The notes under the pieces are model-generated. The model did not search any database and was not told the DNA's origin. It saw nothing but the letters and a program-made list of their open reading frames with translations. Of a stretch of 64,000 bases of DNA, positions 61,020-64,000 are shown one piece after another. Each line of letters begins with the position of its first letter. The stretch's first letter is position 1. Source of the DNA: Bugula neritina (taxonomy: Eukaryota; Animalia; Bryozoa); contig OZ037765.1 of NCBI GenBank assembly GCA_964035545.1, positions 20,832,995 to 20,896,994 on the forward strand, given 5' to 3'. A program made the translations under genes and the position numbers.

Positions 61020-63134
61020 CTTGTTCTCCTTGTTGACACTTGGTTATCCAAAATCCCACTGCTGCCACCAATGTAGTAACTTTGTGGGTTGAATGAAATT
61101 TAAGTGCTGAACATATCTCTTTGTAAGAGAGAACAAGATGGAGGGTATTCTTCAATTAAGTTAATAAAAACGAAAGCATGAGTTGAACTGTTGAAAATTT
61201 TAAAAAATAACTAACCAAGTAGAGGAAAAATTATTTTGTGATGAATAAAAACAAGTTTAATTGCATTTTTCAAAATTTGGATATTACAATATTTCAAGCC
61301 CATTGATCTACTTTAGCTAATAGAAGAAACATATTTGAGGTTAAGATACTTAGTAATTAATTAAAAGAACAGCAGCTACAAAATATTATATATCAAAGTT
61401 ATTTAATCAAGTAGGTTACTAGGTAGGCTGCACTAGCTCCATCCGTCTTATAGATTATAAAAATCTGTATAATTATATCAAATCATATAAGTATTTAAAT
61501 AGGCATGTAAACGATTTGCTGTATGATGGCAGAGGTGATACAGAGTTATGTGATATAGCTTAAAAATGCTGGTTGAATAAATTATTAATAGGGGAAGTTC
61601 AAATGTCAGCCAGCTGGTGGTAAAGACCGAATTTTCCACCTTATATAGTATGTACCAACTAAGCAAGAAAACTAAAGAAACATATAATAATAATTTATAT
61701 AGGAGCACTCCAGCTTTAAAAAATACTATAAAAGAAAAGGATATTAGAATAGTACAGGCTATAGATATTTTATATGAATAAGACATGGCCAGCCTGGAAG
61801 TTGTGAGTAGAGTATTTTAAGTGATTTAGAGATAAACTGATATTAGAGATAGCTCCAGCTCAGTGATGAACTGCAATCACAAGCTAGCCTTGAGCTAGAC
61901 GTAGCGGCCATGATTTGAATATACTATGAAGCATCTACAACAAGCTCAGAGTACTTTTAGACACATTACTTTTGAAAATCAGTTTATGTTAACCGTGCAT
62001 GGCTACGCAGCAGTCCACTTTTCAGCACAATGAACTCCTATGTGTGTCTTTCAACTGTTAGAGTTTGAAGATTGAAATTATTAAACTATGTTTATCGCTG
62101 TCGATTTTAGTGCTTTATATTTTATGAAGTTGAGATAACAAATAAAACTACAACAAACAGTGGTTTTTGATAAAAATAATATTTACATTGGTTTTACTAA
62201 AACATCCTGCTCATTGGTATGACAACTCCAGATTATCTGCTCATCGGTATGTCAATTGTAAACGTATTGTTCATTGTTGCCTAAACACATCTTTTTAACT
62301 TACAAGGTGAAATGGTAAATTGTATTACTATATGTTGAAGAGGCACTTGTGGGTTGGTAATTCTGAATAAGAGAATTGGCCTCTTGGTTAAAACGGCTTT
62401 AGCATTGCGTGGGTATGATCACTACTTGGCGTAATTTCTTTGCATATTAGAGGTATATGAAAAAAGTAGGCTACCTGCATAGCCAATAGTTGTATAAAGT
62501 TGCATAGTCATTAAGTTTCTTGTTTTTTATTTAAGTTTGTCTTTTAAACTAAATTTCTAAAATTTTTACGTCTGAAGATCTTCATCAGCCAAGTTGTCTC
62601 TGCTAATTAAGTATTACTTCATGGTGCACACAAACCCACCCATGCATATGCATGAAATAGAATGAGTAAAGTACAAATAAGGTATAAACATTATTATCAA
62701 TGTTTTATGGAGTTATAGATAGTTTAGGTTTGCATCTTTTAAACGTACTAGTGTTTTCAAAGAATTAATTTAATCGGTATTTCGTCTACATATCACTTTG
62801 AAGTCATCTATATTCATACTGTCACTATAATTGTTTAATGACAGCTAGTAAATCAGTAGCTTAAAGAACCCTTGACTACCAGGTTTTTAAAGAAAACTAC
62901 TTCATTTCTGACTCTACATGTTTAGGGAAATTTTCCTCTAATGATGGGTTACATAAAAAACTGTAGCTATATTGTGAATATTTCCACAAGCTTCTTATAT
63001 GACATTATAGAAATTTTAGTTATTCCAAGTATCAGCCTGCAAAATTGTTTCTTGCTTCTCATTGTAACAAATATAACCACATGCGTAATATCATGTAATT
63101 TTTAGTTACTTGTTACTGGTTTACTGTATTTCAG

Positions 63135-63328
63135 TTGCTATATTTGAAGAGGATTCCATCATGTATTATACTGAAAATGGAACTGACTGGTCAACTTATA
63201 AAAACAATTCATCTGTACCGTCTTTACTGATAACATTGATAATTGGGTGTGGCCTTCTGAAGAAGTCAAGACAGAAGCATATAATATAATAGAAAATACA
63301 GACAACAGCAAGACAACATCAACAATGG
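63135..63328 (+). pseudogene. Possible decayed exon of a SUSD2/MUC4/mesh-like mucin (post-VWD segment)
   Basis: TTTCAG acceptor, then EDSIMYYTENGTDWSTYKNNSSVP / VFTDNIDNWVWPSEEVKTEAYNI with a frameshift; resemblance judged by eye only. Confidence 0.3.
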
Positions 63329-64000
63329 TAGTGACAGCGTTTTAATATAATTGTGTGGCAGATATTTGTAATTATAAAAGTTGTTTGTAAACCAAACACA
63401 TATTTGAAAGACAACTAGCTTACACCACCTGCTTTACAATTTCTATCCACTGCATGAAGTTATGTTTTATGTTATTTAGATAATCGATGCAACCAAAAGT
63501 AAAAAAAAGGCTCATTCTAATTGAAAATTGTTAAGAATTATAAAAAAAGATTGAATAGCATTTGTTTCACTTGCTGGCGATATAAAAACTTATAAAGCTA
63601 TGGATTTCGTCTCCTATACACCAGTCAACCAATCAGCTGCTTAAAAACTGTTAGCAACATTATAGAAGCAAAGTTCTGCAACTTCAATCTTATGTACAAG
63701 GAAGTTTTGCAATGCAATAATCCAGAAATGTTATAAAAATAAAAACAGTTTAATGAAAATTTCAGAAAATATGATAACGATACATCGATTCAACAGTGGT
63801 GAGAGTGAATATTCTATCTTTAATAACTGTTAATAGAATCTACTTGATAATGTGAGACCGAATCAACAGCTGAGCCAAACACTGATTAAAACTTTCCACA
63901 CCACGCAGGGAAAAATTTTATTTGTTAAGCTGTTTTACAGAAAGAAAGTTTCATTCTTCACATGACTACGGATAAGGATGGATGAGAGGAAACAAAGTTA

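Larger units (their letters stand above)
55340..61154 (-). mobile_element. Ty3/gypsy LTR retrotransposon 3, degenerate, related to element 1
   Basis: Partial LTRs 61072-61154 and 55340-55661 share ~70 bp; PBS TGGTGGCAGCAGTGGGAT (61053-70, tRNA-Leu); gag-PR-RT-RH-IN order; no TSD found. Confidence 0.9.

Overview
AT-rich eukaryotic (invertebrate-like) genomic DNA. The main gene is on the minus strand (CDS 45864->11443, 33 exons, ~1635 aa by manual exon joining with consistent splice phases). It encodes a type-I membrane M12B (reprolysin/ADAMTS-like) metalloprotease with an unusual mosaic: signal peptide - Cys-free prodomain - RRKKR - HELGHNLGAEHD catalytic domain - ADAMTS-type Cys-rich module - 7 LDLa repeats - S/T linker - NIDO - second furin-site module - Thr-rich - EGF-like - SEA-like module with RRKR - TM - tail. 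A tandem paralog (first 6 exons, 5919->426) runs off the left edge, and an inverted pseudogenic fragment of the family lies at 7.0-9.2 kb. Three LTR retroelements are present: (1) 29729-35127, a Ty3/gypsy derivative lacking RT/RNase H/integrase core but with an apparently spliced zinc-finger/coiled-coil 3' gene; (2) 47777-51571, a young pol-less element with Gag plus a second zinc-knuckle ORF; (3) 55340-61154, a decayed full gypsy element with a remnant of the same 3' gene. The most striking non-coding signal is six minimal type-I hammerhead ribozyme motifs from two repeat families, all embedded in (TA)n microsatellites, with Penelope-like/retrozyme-like layouts (inverted pairs at 27.3-27.6 kb and 47.6-54.5 kb; direct copies at 47.3 and 54.5 kb). 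Several MITEs, SINE and LINE fragments and large microsatellites fill the introns; one MITE interrupts a coding exon. All of this was read by eye with no database searches.
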